35,166 nt of DNA from an uncultured Tessaracoccus sp. (lineage in GTDB: Bacteria; Actinomycetota; Actinomycetes; Propionibacteriales; Propionibacteriaceae): NCBI GenBank assembly GCA_965364045.1, contig CBDTVQ010000001.1, forward strand, positions 1-35,166. The letters run 5' to 3'. A program made the position numbers and the translations under genes. Of the stretch, positions 17,312-27,401 are shown one piece after another (the stretch's first letter is position 1; each line of letters opens with the position of its first letter). The notes under the pieces are model-generated. The model was not told the DNA's origin. It saw nothing but the letters and a program-made list of their open reading frames with translations, and made no database searches.

Positions 17312-18538
17312 TCAGCGTGGCACGACGGCGTCGAGATCTGCAGCCAGGTCACCCCTTGCTGCCACCACCACATCCGGCAGTCCCAGCCAGTCCGCCATCC
17401 TGCGCAGCTCGCCAGCGAGTTCTGTCGCGGTCTCCGCAGGGGCTTCGGGTTCCCGCCACGCAGATTGCACCAGGAGCCGCCCGGAGGCCCGGTCTGCCTT
17501 GAGATCCACCCGGCCGACGAGTGCGTCGTCGAGAAGAAAAGGCAGCACGTAGTACCCGTGCACCCGCTGGGAGGCTGGGGTGTAGATACCGATCCGGTAG
17601 TGGAAGTTGAACAGCCACTGGGTGCGGGCGCGTTCCCAGATGAGCGGGTCGAACGGACTCAGCAGGGCTCGCGTCGTGACCCGTCGGGGGATCGGCAGAC
17701 CAGCGCTCAGGTAGGCCACGGTGCCGTCCACGGACACAACCTCCAGCTCCCCCTCCTCGACGAGTTCCCTGATGGCCTGCCGCGTTGGTGAGGCCTTCGT
17801 GCGCCAGTAATCGGCCAGACACTTCACCGTCGCCACTCCATGCGCCCGGGCGGCAATGAGGACCAACTCCCGCATCGCCTCATCGGCCGACGGCGTGGGC
17901 GCGGCCACCACCTCGTAGGGCAGGACACGCTCCGGGAGATCGAAAACACGTTCGAACTGGGTGTTGCGTTCCACCACGCAGAGCTGGCCCGTGAAGAAGA
18001 GGAACTCGCAGGCAGTCTTCACCACGGACCAGTTCCACCCCCAGTGCTCCCGCAGGGCATCGGGAGCATGACCGAGTTCTGCGGTCAGTCGTCTCGCTGA
18101 GCTCGGCCCCAGCTCACCCACAGCGGCCAGCACCTCCACCACCACGTCCGCGTGCTCCGCCCCCGCGCGCTGGATCGATCCCCATGCCTCGTTCCGGTAG
18201 GCCTCCATGCGCCACCGGAACAGTGGGTGCAGCGCGACGGGAACGAAAGCCGCCTGGTGGGCCCAGTATTCGGTGATTCGCCGCGGCTGCCTCCCAGCGG
18301 CCTGTGCCAGGAGGCACTGGTCGTAGACACCGAGACGCGAAAACAGGGGAAGGAACTGGCTGCGCGCCAGGACGTTCACCGAATCGATCTGCAGTACGCC
18401 CATCCGCTGGATAGTCGCGTCGATCTGCCTCATCGTCACCGTCGTCGGGCGGGGGCGCGCCAGCCCCTGCGCGGTAATGGCGATTCGCCGTGCCTCTGCC
18501 AGCGAGAGTGTGGACCGTTTCGGCGGTGGGGAGGGCAT
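17312..18538 (-). CDS. YcaQ/AlkZ-family (HTH_42) crosslink-repair DNA glycosylase
   Basis: LSLAEARRIA..AQG, LQIDSVNVLARS..LPLFSRLG (QxD), EYWAH, LLSPFDPLIWER, YRIGIYTP...R.HGYYVLPFL, GRVDLKADR. Confidence 0.9.
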   Translation of the reverse strand: MPSPPPKRSTLSLAEARRIAITAQGLARPRPTTVTMRQIDATIQRMGVLQIDSVNVLARSQFLPLFSRLGVYDQCLLAQAAGRQPRRITEYWAHQAAFVPVALHPLFRWRMEAYRNEAWGSIQRAGAEHADVVVEVLAAVGELGPSSARRLTAELGHAPDALREHWGWNWSVVKTACEFLFFTGQLCVVERNTQFERVFDLPERVLPYEVVAAPTPSADEAMRELVLIAARAHGVATVKCLADYWRTKASPTRQAIRELVEEGELEVVSVDGTVAYLSAGLPIPRRVTTRALLSPFDPLIWERARTQWLFNFHYRIGIYTPASQRVHGYYVLPFLLDDALVGRVDLKADRASGRLLVQSAWREPEAPAETATELAGELRRMADWLGLPDVVVAARGDLAADLDAVVPR

Positions 18539-18692
18539 GGGTGCCAGTTTGGCAGTCGTGTTGAGTGGCCGTTGGGCGCTGCCTGCTTATCGTGGGCCCC
18601 AGATGCCGGTCTACCGGCATCCAGAGCCCACACTAAACTGAACGTTGCCTGACCCGCGGCTTCGGCGACTGACCCCGCTAGGCTACCCACCC

Positions 18693-19481
18693 ATGAGTAG
18701 TCTGCAATTCGGAGCACACGTTCGCCACGAGGACCCCATCGTTGAGGCCCGAAAGACCCGCGCGGACATCGTCCAACTCTTCCTGGGTGAACCACAGAGT
18801 TGGAAGAAGCCCCAGGCTCAGTATCCGGGTGGTGCCGAGGCGCTTCGCTTGGCCGCCGAGGAAGCCGGCGTCGGGATCTACGTGCATGCGCCCTACATCG
18901 TCAATGTGGCGTCGACGAACAACCGCATCCGGATCCCGTCACGCAAACTGCTGCAGCAGACCGTCACGGAAGCGGCCGCCGTCGGGGCCCGTGGAGTCAT
19001 CGTGCACGGTGGCCACGTCACAGCTGACGACGATCCCGAAAAGGGCTATGACAACTGGCGCAAAGCCGTCGATGGACTGAAGCTCGAAGTGCCAATCCTC
19101 ATCGAGAACACTGCCGGCGGCAACAACGCGATGACCCGTCACCTGGAGGCCATCCAAGGAGTTTGGGAAGCCATCTCCACCTCCGCCAACATCGATTCGG
19201 TGGGGTTCTGCCTCGACACCTGCCACGCACACGCTGCCGGGCTGGATCTGAAAACAGTGGTCGACGACATCCGGGGCATTACCGGCAGGATCGATCTGGT
19301 CCACTGCAACGATTCCCGCGACGTGGCGGGCTCGGGGGCAGACAGACACATCGGACTGGGCAACGGCAATATCAACGTCAACGACATCGCCGCCATCGTT
19401 CGCGCGGCAGCGGCCCCCGTCATCCTGGAGACCCCCAGCGACGGCCACGCTGCAGAGATTGAGTGGCTTCGCTCGTTGTGA
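18693..19481 (+). CDS. nfo: Endonuclease IV (AP endonuclease family 2)
   Basis: Metal ligands present: YVHAPY, IVHGG, IENTAG, LDTCH, VHCNDS, ADRH, ILETP. TAGGCT (18679-18684) before ATG 18693. Confidence 0.9.
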   Translation: MSSLQFGAHVRHEDPIVEARKTRADIVQLFLGEPQSWKKPQAQYPGGAEALRLAAEEAGVGIYVHAPYIVNVASTNNRIRIPSRKLLQQTVTEAAAVGARGVIVHGGHVTADDDPEKGYDNWRKAVDGLKLEVPILIENTAGGNNAMTRHLEAIQGVWEAISTSANIDSVGFCLDTCHAHAAGLDLKTVVDDIRGITGRIDLVHCNDSRDVAGSGADRHIGLGNGNINVNDIAAIVRAAAAPVILETPSDGHAAEIEWLRSL

Positions 19482-19496
19482 GGTTAGATGGTGGCC

Positions 19497-20435
19497 ATGA
19501 AGGTCTTGCTGCCCAACACCGTAGAACTCAATCCCCAGTTGCCTGAGGGATCCACTACTGTCACCTTTGACTCGGCGGCCCCCATCCCCGATGAGCACCT
19601 CGACGCCGAGGTTCTGGTGGATTGGCTGATCAGACGCAAAACGATGGCCGACGCTGCGGAGCGCTTGCCAAACCTGAAGCTGGTCCAGTCGCTCTCTGCG
19701 GGTGCCGACAACGTGCTCAGCGCACCTTTCGATGAGGACGTGGCGATCTGCTCGGGCGTCGGGCTTCACGACCATGCGGTCACCGAACATGCGATGGCGC
19801 TCACCCTGGCGCTGCTGCGGCGCCTGCCCGCGTGCATGAAGGCCCAACAACGGGGCAAATGGGCCAAGGAGTTGGGCGGTTCCCAGACGCTGCTGACTGA
19901 CGAACACATCACGACGTTGCTCGACGCCCGCGTCCTGGTCTGGGGGTTCGGCTCCATCGCGCAAACACTGGCACCCGTTCTTCAGTCCCTGGGCGCACGC
20001 GTCACGGGCGTGGCACGCACAGCCGGTGAACGCTCCGGATTCCCGGTCATCACCGAGGATGACCTTCCCCGCGAACTCCCACACACCGATCTGCTCATAA
20101 TGGTCCTCCCCGGAGTGTCCGCCACCGAGAACGCACTCAACGCCGAACGGCTGGCGCTGCTTCCTGAGACTGCTCTGGTGGTCAACGTCGGACGCGGGAC
20201 CACCGTCGACGAGGATGCGCTGCTTTCTGCACTGAAGGATGGCTCCATCGCCGGAGCCGCCCTGGACGTCACAGCCCAGGAGCCCCTGCCGGAGAATTCT
20301 CCGCTGTGGAATGCACCAAACCTCATCATCACCCCCCACGCTGCAGGCGGCAGACCCTTTGGCTCTGACGAACTCATAGCGGCCAACGTCACGGCGCTAC
20401 TCAACGGCGACGACCTGCGCAACCGAATCCGCTGA
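19497..20435 (+). CDS. D-isomer-specific 2-hydroxyacid dehydrogenase
   Basis: WGFGSIA, VNVGRG, ALDV..QEPLP..SPLW, ITPHAAG. Alternative start at 19488. Confidence 0.9.
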   Translation: MKVLLPNTVELNPQLPEGSTTVTFDSAAPIPDEHLDAEVLVDWLIRRKTMADAAERLPNLKLVQSLSAGADNVLSAPFDEDVAICSGVGLHDHAVTEHAMALTLALLRRLPACMKAQQRGKWAKELGGSQTLLTDEHITTLLDARVLVWGFGSIAQTLAPVLQSLGARVTGVARTAGERSGFPVITEDDLPRELPHTDLLIMVLPGVSATENALNAERLALLPETALVVNVGRGTTVDEDALLSALKDGSIAGAALDVTAQEPLPENSPLWNAPNLIITPHAAGGRPFGSDELIAANVTALLNGDDLRNRIR

Positions 20436-20512
20436 AACGGCCCCAGCCCGCGACTGAACGCCGGACCGTCTGCGTTGATCCGCCCACCGGGATGATCCTC
20501 GATCTCGACGGC

Positions 20513-21931
20513 TCAGCTTTTGCCGGGCACGACACCGCTGAAGTGGAGCAGATTGTCCACTGCGAGCACGCTGTCCAGCGTCGCTTCATCCAGCAACCCG
20601 CGCTCCAGAACAATCTCACGGACGCTGCGCCCTGTCGACGCCGCCTCTTTTCCCACCTCATCCCCAGCCGCATGGCCGATGAGGTTGTTGAGGAAGGTCA
20701 CGACGGAGATGGAATTGGTCACGTAGGCGAGGCAGACGTCACGGTTGGCAGTGATGCCCTCGATGCACTTGGTGCGCAGCGTGTCGCAGGCATTTTGCAG
20801 CAGTGAAATGGATTCAAAGAGTGCCTGGGCGATCACTGGCTCCATGGCGTTGAGCTGCAGTTGGCCAGCTTCCGCGCTGACTGTGACGCAGACGTCGTTG
20901 CCGAACACCTTGAAACAGGCCTGGTTCACCACCTCGGGGATCACTGGGTTGACCTTGGCCGGCATGATGGAGGACCCGGCCTGCACCTCTGGGAGGTTGA
21001 TTTCATTGAAGCCAGCCCGGGGCCCGGACGACAGCAGCCTGAGGTCATTGCAGGTTTTCGACAACTTCACCGCCAGTCGTTTGCACACGCCGTGCGCGGT
21101 GACGTAGACGCCGGTGTCGCTGGTGGCCTCGATGAGATCGGGGGCGGTGCCACACGGTCGCCCGGTGATATCGGCGAGGTGCCGGATCACCACCTCCGCA
21201 TAGCCGGGAGGTGCGTTCGCGCCCGTACCTATGGCGGTGGCCCCCAGATTCACCTCCAACAGGAAGCCGCGCACGGTGTCGATATGGCGCAGTTCCTCCG
21301 AGATTGTCACCGCGAAAGCCGTGAACTCCTGACCCAGCGTCATCGGTATCGCATCCTGCAGTTGCGTCCGGCCCATGGTCAGGACGTCGGCGAGTTCATT
21401 TCCCTTCGCACGCAATGCTTCGACCAGTTGCTCCACTCCAACCGCCAGCTCACCGAGCCTGGTGTCCAGCGCCAGACGAAGCCCTGTGGGATAGGCGTCG
21501 TTGGTGGACTGGCTCCGGTTGACGTGGTCAAGCGGACTGACGATGTCATAGCTGCCTTTGGCACAGCCAAGGTGCTCAAGCGCCAGATTCGCGAGCACCT
21601 CGTTGACGTTCATGTTGGTCGAGGTCCCAGCACCACCCTGGAACACGTCGATGGGGAACTGATCCAGGCAGCGGCCATTGTCCAGGATCTGGTCGCACGC
21701 CCACACGATGGCGTTGACCACGTCCGGATTCACCACGCCCAGATCCCCATTGGCGAGCACCGCGGCCTTCTTCACCTGCACCAGTCCGCGAATCAGATCT
21801 GGCAGATCGCTGATGGTGTCCGGGCTGATGCGAAAATTCTCCATGGCGCGCACGGTGTGGACACCGAAGTAGGCCTCAGCCGGTACGTCCCGGGAGCCGA
21901 GCAGGTCCGTTTCGACTCTTGTGCTCGTCAA
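20513..21931 (-). CDS. aspA: Aspartate ammonia-lyase
   Basis: [55 protein letters not shown] start 7 nt after AAGGAG. Confidence 0.93.
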   Translation of the reverse strand: MTSTRVETDLLGSRDVPAEAYFGVHTVRAMENFRISPDTISDLPDLIRGLVQVKKAAVLANGDLGVVNPDVVNAIVWACDQILDNGRCLDQFPIDVFQGGAGTSTNMNVNEVLANLALEHLGCAKGSYDIVSPLDHVNRSQSTNDAYPTGLRLALDTRLGELAVGVEQLVEALRAKGNELADVLTMGRTQLQDAIPMTLGQEFTAFAVTISEELRHIDTVRGFLLEVNLGATAIGTGANAPPGYAEVVIRHLADITGRPCGTAPDLIEATSDTGVYVTAHGVCKRLAVKLSKTCNDLRLLSSGPRAGFNEINLPEVQAGSSIMPAKVNPVIPEVVNQACFKVFGNDVCVTVSAEAGQLQLNAMEPVIAQALFESISLLQNACDTLRTKCIEGITANRDVCLAYVTNSISVVTFLNNLIGHAAGDEVGKEAASTGRSVREIVLERGLLDEATLDSVLAVDNLLHFSGVVPGKS

Positions 21932-22034
21932 CCTGGGGCTCCTTGGGACAGTGGTTTGACTCCCACCGTAGCCAACGACGCGCATCACGTGGGGCGGCCC
22001 GCGTCAGAGACCCGCTGGCGCTAAGGTGGGGCCT

Positions 22035-24095
22035 GTGACTCGCAGCGTATTCATTGCCTCGTCGGAGCGGCAGGTCAGCAAGAGTGTGATCGCCCTCGGC
22101 GTCGTCGAACTCTTCAACCGCCAGGTTCGCAACGTGGGGGTGTTCCGGCCCCTCGTGGAATCCACGACGTTCGACGCCGTCGCCACGGCCCTGCTTGATC
22201 TCAAGAGCATGCGGAGGCAGACCTTCGAGGAAGCCGTCGGTGTCACGCACGCTGACTTCGCCGAGGACCCCTCCGGATCGATCGATCAGATCGTGGCCAA
22301 GTACACGCAGCTGACTGCCCGCTGCGACGCCGTCGTGGTGGTGGGCTCCGATTACAGCGGCCACTACTCCAGCACCGAACTGGACCACAACGCCGTCATC
22401 GCCGCGAACCTGAATACCCCGGTGCTCTATGTCTGTAGCGCCACTGATCGCACGCCCGAAGAGGTGCGCGGCATCGTCGAGGAGACCATCGAGTCCTTCG
22501 AGGAACGCCACAACACCGTCGTGGGCGTGGCAATCACCCGCGTCGATCCTGACGGCGTGGAAGCCATGCGCGAGGCCGTGTCCCACGTGCGGGAAGCCAC
22601 GTTCATCGTTCCGAACGATCCAGTGCTGCGCGCCCCATCGGTGCGCATGCAGTGGGAAGCCGTCGGCGCCACGCAGTGGCTGGGGAACCCTGCCTTCCTG
22701 GACAAGGAGGCCGTCCACATCTTCGTGGCCGCCATGACGCTGCCGAACCTGTTGACGCGCCTCAAGCCCGAGTGCACGGTCATCATGCCCTCGGATCGTC
22801 TCGATCTGCTGCCCGGCCTGCTGATGGCCCACGCCTCCCCAGCGTTCGGCCCGCTCGCATCCATCATCCTGACCGGCGGTTTCGACATCCCCGAATCCGT
22901 CCACACCCTGCTCGACGGCATCGAAGTTGACCTGCCGATTGCTTTCACGGACAAGGACACCTTCGCCACCGCGGCCAAGCTGCAACTGGTCACCGGCGTC
23001 TCCACCTCGACATCCCGCAAGACGGATGTCTCACGCATCCTGTTCGGTGCCCATGTGAGCGAGGACGAAATCCTGCGGGCGATCGACCTTCCCCGCTCCG
23101 AAATTCGCACACCCACGATGTTTGAGCACCAACTGATGCGGCTGGCCCGCTCAGACAGGAAGCGCATTGTGCTGCCGGAGGGCTCCGATGATCGTGTCCT
23201 GAAGGCGGCAGCCATCGTGCTTCAGCGTCAGGTGGCCGAGATCATCATCCTCGGCGAACGCGCTGTCATCAGCCGACGCGCATCCGAGCTCGGCATCAAC
23301 CTGCGCAGCGCCGAGGTGGTCAACCCACGCGACGCGGAAATGCTTGACCGGTTTGCCGAAGAGTACGCAAAGCTGCGCGCCCATAAGGGCATCTCGCTCG
23401 AGCAGGCACGCAAGCAGTTTGAGGACCCGTCCTACGTCGGCACGATGATGGTGCACCTGGGCATGGCCGACGGCATGGTCTCAGGCGCCATGAACACGAC
23501 CGCCAACACGATCCGGCCGTCCCTGGAGTTCATCAAGACCAAGCCCGGCGTGAGCGTCGTCTCCGGCTCCTTCCTGATGGCGATGAGCAACCGTGTCGTG
23601 GTGTACGCAGATTGTGCCGTGAACCCGGATCCCACACCCGAGCAGTTGGCTGACATCGCCATCTCCTCGGCGGAAACGGCGCGGGCGTTCGACATCGAAC
23701 CGCGCGTCGCCATGCTCAGCTACTCCACCGGCACGTCCGGCAGCGGCGCGGACGTGGACAAGGTCCGGGAGGCCACCCGCATCGTGCGGGAGCGGGATCC
23801 CGAACTGAAGGTGGAGGGCCCCATCCAGTTCGACGCAGCCGTCGACGCCACGGTTGCTGCGAAGAAGATGCCGAACTCGGAGGTTGCCGGACAGGCATCT
23901 GTCTTCATCTTCCCCGATCTCAATACGGGCAACAACACCTACAAGGCTGTGCAGCGCACCTCCGGTGCGGTGGCCGTCGGCCCGATTCTGCAGGGGCTGA
24001 GGAAGCCGGTCAACGATCTTTCCCGCGGTGCGCTGGTGGAAGACATCGTGTCCACCATCACCATCACCGCCATCCAGGCCCAGAAGAACCGCTGA
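22035..24095 (+). CDS. pta: Phosphate acetyltransferase (long form with N-terminal AAA_26/DRTGG domains)
   Basis: RIVLPEG, ADGMVSGA, YADCAVNPDP, EGPIQFDAA, FPDLNTGNNTYK, GPILQGLRKPVNDLSRG. TAAGGT 7 nt before GTG 22035. Confidence 0.96.
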   Translation: MTRSVFIASSERQVSKSVIALGVVELFNRQVRNVGVFRPLVESTTFDAVATALLDLKSMRRQTFEEAVGVTHADFAEDPSGSIDQIVAKYTQLTARCDAVVVVGSDYSGHYSSTELDHNAVIAANLNTPVLYVCSATDRTPEEVRGIVEETIESFEERHNTVVGVAITRVDPDGVEAMREAVSHVREATFIVPNDPVLRAPSVRMQWEAVGATQWLGNPAFLDKEAVHIFVAAMTLPNLLTRLKPECTVIMPSDRLDLLPGLLMAHASPAFGPLASIILTGGFDIPESVHTLLDGIEVDLPIAFTDKDTFATAAKLQLVTGVSTSTSRKTDVSRILFGAHVSEDEILRAIDLPRSEIRTPTMFEHQLMRLARSDRKRIVLPEGSDDRVLKAAAIVLQRQVAEIIILGERAVISRRASELGINLRSAEVVNPRDAEMLDRFAEEYAKLRAHKGISLEQARKQFEDPSYVGTMMVHLGMADGMVSGAMNTTANTIRPSLEFIKTKPGVSVVSGSFLMAMSNRVVVYADCAVNPDPTPEQLADIAISSAETARAFDIEPRVAMLSYSTGTSGSGADVDKVREATRIVRERDPELKVEGPIQFDAAVDATVAAKKMPNSEVAGQASVFIFPDLNTGNNTYKAVQRTSGAVAVGPILQGLRKPVNDLSRGALVEDIVSTITITAIQAQKNR

Positions 24096-24130
24096 GCACC
24101 ACCCCCGACATTCAAGGAAGTGCACTCCAC

Positions 24131-25315
24131 GTGTCCCACCCGATCCTGCTCCTGAACTGTGGTTCGTCCTCCATCAAGTACCAGCTCCTCCAGACGGATA
24201 CCGAGGAGGCGAGCGCGGTGGGGATCGTGCAACGCATCGGCGAGCAGGGCAGCACGCTGGACCATGAGGTGGGCCGCGACGAATTCCATCTGGATCAGGA
24301 CTTCGCCAATCACACTGAGGCAGTCGCCGCCGTCGTGGGGATGTTCGAGTCCAACGGTCCCAGCCTCGAAGGCGTCATCGCCGTCGGGCACCGGACCGTG
24401 CATGGCGGCGACACCTTTCAGGAGTCGGTGCGCATCAATGATGAGGTCATCGCGAAGCTCGTCGAACTCTCTGACCTGGCGCCCCTGCACAACCCTCCTG
24501 CCATCGCCGGCATCGAGGCCGCCATGCGCGTGCTGCCCGACGTGCCTCACGTTGCCATCTTCGACACCGCTTTCTTCTCCACTCTTCCCCCCGAGGCGTA
24601 CACCTACGCCCTGGATCGAGACGTCATGCGCGAGCACGGCATCCGCAAGTACGGCTTCCATGGCACCTCACACCAGTACGTCTCGCAGCAGGCTGCAGTG
24701 TTCCTGGACCGTCCCCTGTCAGAGTTGAAGACCATTGTGTGCCATCTCGGCAACGGTGCCTCCATCTCTGCCGTTGATGGCGGAGTGGCTGTGGAAACCT
24801 CCATGGGGCTCACTCCCCTGGCCGGTCTGGTGATGGGCACGCGCTCCGGCGACGTCGATCCCGGCCTCCACAAGTTCTTGAACAGCAAGGGCATGAGCCT
24901 CAACGAGGTCGACACCTTTCTCAACAAGAAATCGGGAATGCTCGGCCTCTGCGGCTACACCGACATGCGTGATGTGGGCACCGAAATTGAAGCTGGCAAC
25001 GAGGACGCAAGACTGGCCCGTGACGTCTATGTTCACCGTCTTGTGAGCTACATCGGCTCCTACATGGCCCTCATGGGTGGCGTGGACGCACTGTGCTTCA
25101 CCGCAGGTGTCGGGGAGAACGCAGCCCATATCCGCGGCCCGATCATCGAACGCCTCACTGCCATGGGCTTCGAACTCGACGCCGAGGCAAACCAGGTGCG
25201 CTCCAAGGAGTCGCGCGAGATCTCCACTCCGGCCTCCAAGGTTCGCGTTCTGGTGATCCCCACGAACGAGGAACTGGCCATGGCACGCGAAACGCTGAAG
25301 GTCTTGAGCGCCTGA
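24131..25315 (+). CDS. ackA: Acetate (propionate) kinase
   Basis: LNCGSSSIKY, GHRTVHGG, LAPLHNP, KYGFHGTSH, HLGNGAS, MGTRSGD, FTAGVGEN, PTNEE. Confidence 0.97.
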   Translation: MSHPILLLNCGSSSIKYQLLQTDTEEASAVGIVQRIGEQGSTLDHEVGRDEFHLDQDFANHTEAVAAVVGMFESNGPSLEGVIAVGHRTVHGGDTFQESVRINDEVIAKLVELSDLAPLHNPPAIAGIEAAMRVLPDVPHVAIFDTAFFSTLPPEAYTYALDRDVMREHGIRKYGFHGTSHQYVSQQAAVFLDRPLSELKTIVCHLGNGASISAVDGGVAVETSMGLTPLAGLVMGTRSGDVDPGLHKFLNSKGMSLNEVDTFLNKKSGMLGLCGYTDMRDVGTEIEAGNEDARLARDVYVHRLVSYIGSYMALMGGVDALCFTAGVGENAAHIRGPIIERLTAMGFELDAEANQVRSKESREISTPASKVRVLVIPTNEELAMARETLKVLSA

Positions 25316-25332
25316 CGCAGAACACGTCGAGG

Positions 25333-25376
25333 TTCGCCAACATCTGGGCTGGTCTGCCCACCGAGATGTTGGCGAA
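25333..25376 (+). terminator. Hairpin after ackA
   Basis: ttcgccaacatct ... agatgttggcgaa, 13-bp perfect arms. Confidence 0.7.
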
Positions 25377-25402
25377 GCTCTACTGCCTCGAAAAGCCTTG
25401 GC

Positions 25403-25461
25403 GCCAAACTTGTGACAACCCCACAAGTTTGGCCAGACACATCTGACCGCGCATCAGCTTC
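25403..25461. repeat. Left boundary repeat of the sugar-acid module
   Basis: Palindrome gccaaacttgtg-acaaccc-cacaagtttggc (25403-25433) plus 15-mer ccgcgcatcagcttc (25447-25461); both recur at 31751-31830. Confidence 0.7.
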
Positions 25462-25489
25462 GGAGCGGGTGTCCTCATTGACGCAACTG

Positions 25490-26785
25490 CTAGGCGTCAA
25501 GCCAGCTCAGGGGTGTCAATATGAGTTCCGGGACCAGCACCAGCACGATGACGAGCACGGTCTGGGCGAGGAGGTACGGCATCACCGGTTTGACGGTTGC
25601 ACCTACCTTCACCTTTCCGACCGCAGCGGCCACGTTCAAGGACGGGCCAACCGGCGGCGTGATGAGACCGAGGACATTGGCCAGTGTGAAGACGATGCCG
25701 AAGTAGATGAGGTTGATTCCAGCCTCATTGAGGAGCGGAAGGAAGATCGGCGTAAAGATGAGGATCGTCGGTATGACGTCAAGGATGGTTCCCACCGCGA
25801 TGATGAACAGCAACAGGATGATCATGAGGAGCATCGGATGATCGGTGAGGGTTCCGAAGACCCTGGTGACGGTCGCGGGCAGACCGGAGATCGCCATGTA
25901 GTAGGCGGCGACTTGTGCGGCAGCCGCCAGGAACATGACGACCGCTGACATTTTGGCGGACGAGATCAACGCGCTGAGAAGCTCGTTGAATTTGATCTCC
26001 CGATAGACCACCAAACCCACGAACAGCGCGTACACGACCGCGACGACGCCTGCCTCGGTGGCTGTGAATACGCCACTCCTCAGGCCAACCAGAATGATGA
26101 CTGGCAGCAGTAGTGCCCAGATGGCACCGAAGAACAACTTGATGTGCCCCGTGATCGAGGTCTTGGGGATGTCAACCTTGATGTTCTCGTGTTTGCGGGC
26201 AATCAGGAACCACACGACGGCCATGGTGACTGTCATGTACACAGCCGGCGCAATGCCCGCAAGGAACAGCGAACTGATCGAAACACCAGCTGTTGCGCCG
26301 AAGATAATGAGTGGCACGGAGGGTGGCATGATCGGCGCCACGAGGTTGGCAGAAGCGAGCAGGCCGACAGAGCGCTCACGGTTGTACCCCTCGCGCACCA
26401 TCATTGGGATGAGGATCGCACCCAGGGCAGCGGTGCTGGCCACGGCCGAACCGACGAGGCTGCCGAAGAGAAGGCAGGCGAGGATGGTCACGTATCCGAA
26501 TCCGCCCCGGAAGCGACCCACGGTGGCCCGGGCAAGAGCGATGATCCGGCGGGTCAAACCGCCACGATTCATGAGTTCGCCAGTGAGAATGAAGAATGGC
26601 AGTGCCATCATCGCGACGGAATCGGTGCCGCGCATGAGCTGCGCAGCCATGATCTGCGGATCGCCGGAGCGACCTCCCATCTGGATGCCGGTGGCGACCG
26701 ACGTGAAGAGAAGCGCGAAGGCAATCGGTACACCGATGGCGATCGCACCAATGAGGTATCCGAACAAAGGTCCAAGAACTCGCAT
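25490..26785 (-). CDS. TRAP transporter large permease (DctM)
   Basis: GVPIAFAL, ALPFFILTGELM..GG, FGSLVGSAVA, IMPPS.P, FTATEA, GLITPPVG. Confidence 0.95.
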   Translation of the reverse strand: MRVLGPLFGYLIGAIAIGVPIAFALLFTSVATGIQMGGRSGDPQIMAAQLMRGTDSVAMMALPFFILTGELMNRGGLTRRIIALARATVGRFRGGFGYVTILACLLFGSLVGSAVASTAALGAILIPMMVREGYNRERSVGLLASANLVAPIMPPSVPLIIFGATAGVSISSLFLAGIAPAVYMTVTMAVVWFLIARKHENIKVDIPKTSITGHIKLFFGAIWALLLPVIILVGLRSGVFTATEAGVVAVVYALFVGLVVYREIKFNELLSALISSAKMSAVVMFLAAAAQVAAYYMAISGLPATVTRVFGTLTDHPMLLMIILLLFIIAVGTILDVIPTILIFTPIFLPLLNEAGINLIYFGIVFTLANVLGLITPPVGPSLNVAAAVGKVKVGATVKPVMPYLLAQTVLVIVLVLVPELILTPLSWLDA

Positions 26786-26790
26786 GATGA

Positions 26791-27339
26791 CTACTCCTTG
26801 GTCCCTTGAGAATCCTGTGCGTCGACGATGACTTCGACGTCCGAATCCTTGGTGGCGATGAGTTCACTGACGGACAGCTTGAGGAAGAACAGCCGGTAGA
26901 GGTTTGCACCTGCGATGATCAGGACCGCGGCCCCGGTGACAACGCCGACCCCAAAGATGAGCGCCCGCGGGTATTGGGTGGCGACCATCCGGGCGCCCAG
27001 GTTCTGCACGGAGAGGTCCCAGCTGCCCTTCACGAGCAGCCACATCGTCCACATGATGATGAGCTGCACGAGCGTGTAAAGAACCTTCTGAGCCTTCTCG
27101 GGCACGCGATCGATGAGAGTGTCCACACCGAGATGCTGGTTGTCACGAAACGCGCCGATCGTCCCGAGGTACACCAGGTAGATGAAGCACAGTCGCGTCA
27201 CCTCTTCGGACCAGACGAAACCGGTGGAAAACACGAAGCGCAGGACAACGTTCAGGAACATGAGGGCAACCATCATGAACAGGAACGCAGCCATGAGCAC
27301 TTCAACAGATCGGAACAGTGAGTTGAAGATCTTTGTCAC
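26791..27339 (-). CDS. TRAP transporter small permease (DctQ)
   Basis: NVVLRF, WSEEVTR, HLGVD, 4 TMs; AAGGAGG RBS. Confidence 0.93.
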   Translation of the reverse strand: MTKIFNSLFRSVEVLMAAFLFMMVALMFLNVVLRFVFSTGFVWSEEVTRLCFIYLVYLGTIGAFRDNQHLGVDTLIDRVPEKAQKVLYTLVQLIIMWTMWLLVKGSWDLSVQNLGARMVATQYPRALIFGVGVVTGAAVLIIAGANLYRLFFLKLSVSELIATKDSDVEVIVDAQDSQGTKE

Positions 27340-27363
27340 GCGACCCCTCCTTGCCTAGTGGCA

Positions 27364-27391
27364 GTGGGGTGCCGGAACGTCGGCACCCCAC
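27364..27391. other. Intercistronic hairpin after the TRAP binding-protein gene (mRNA stabiliser or partial terminator)
   Basis: gtggggtgccg-gaacgt-cggcaccccac, 11-bp perfect stem. Confidence 0.6.
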
Positions 27392-27401
27392 CGCCGGGCG
27401 G

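Noticed and set aside
18939..22985. Long antisense ORFs (18939..20339, 20861..22024, 21876..22985) and similar ones elsewhere, such as 8603..9727 and 12138..13172
   Set aside because: Mirror frames of well-supported genes, expected in high-GC DNA; no motifs or RBS.
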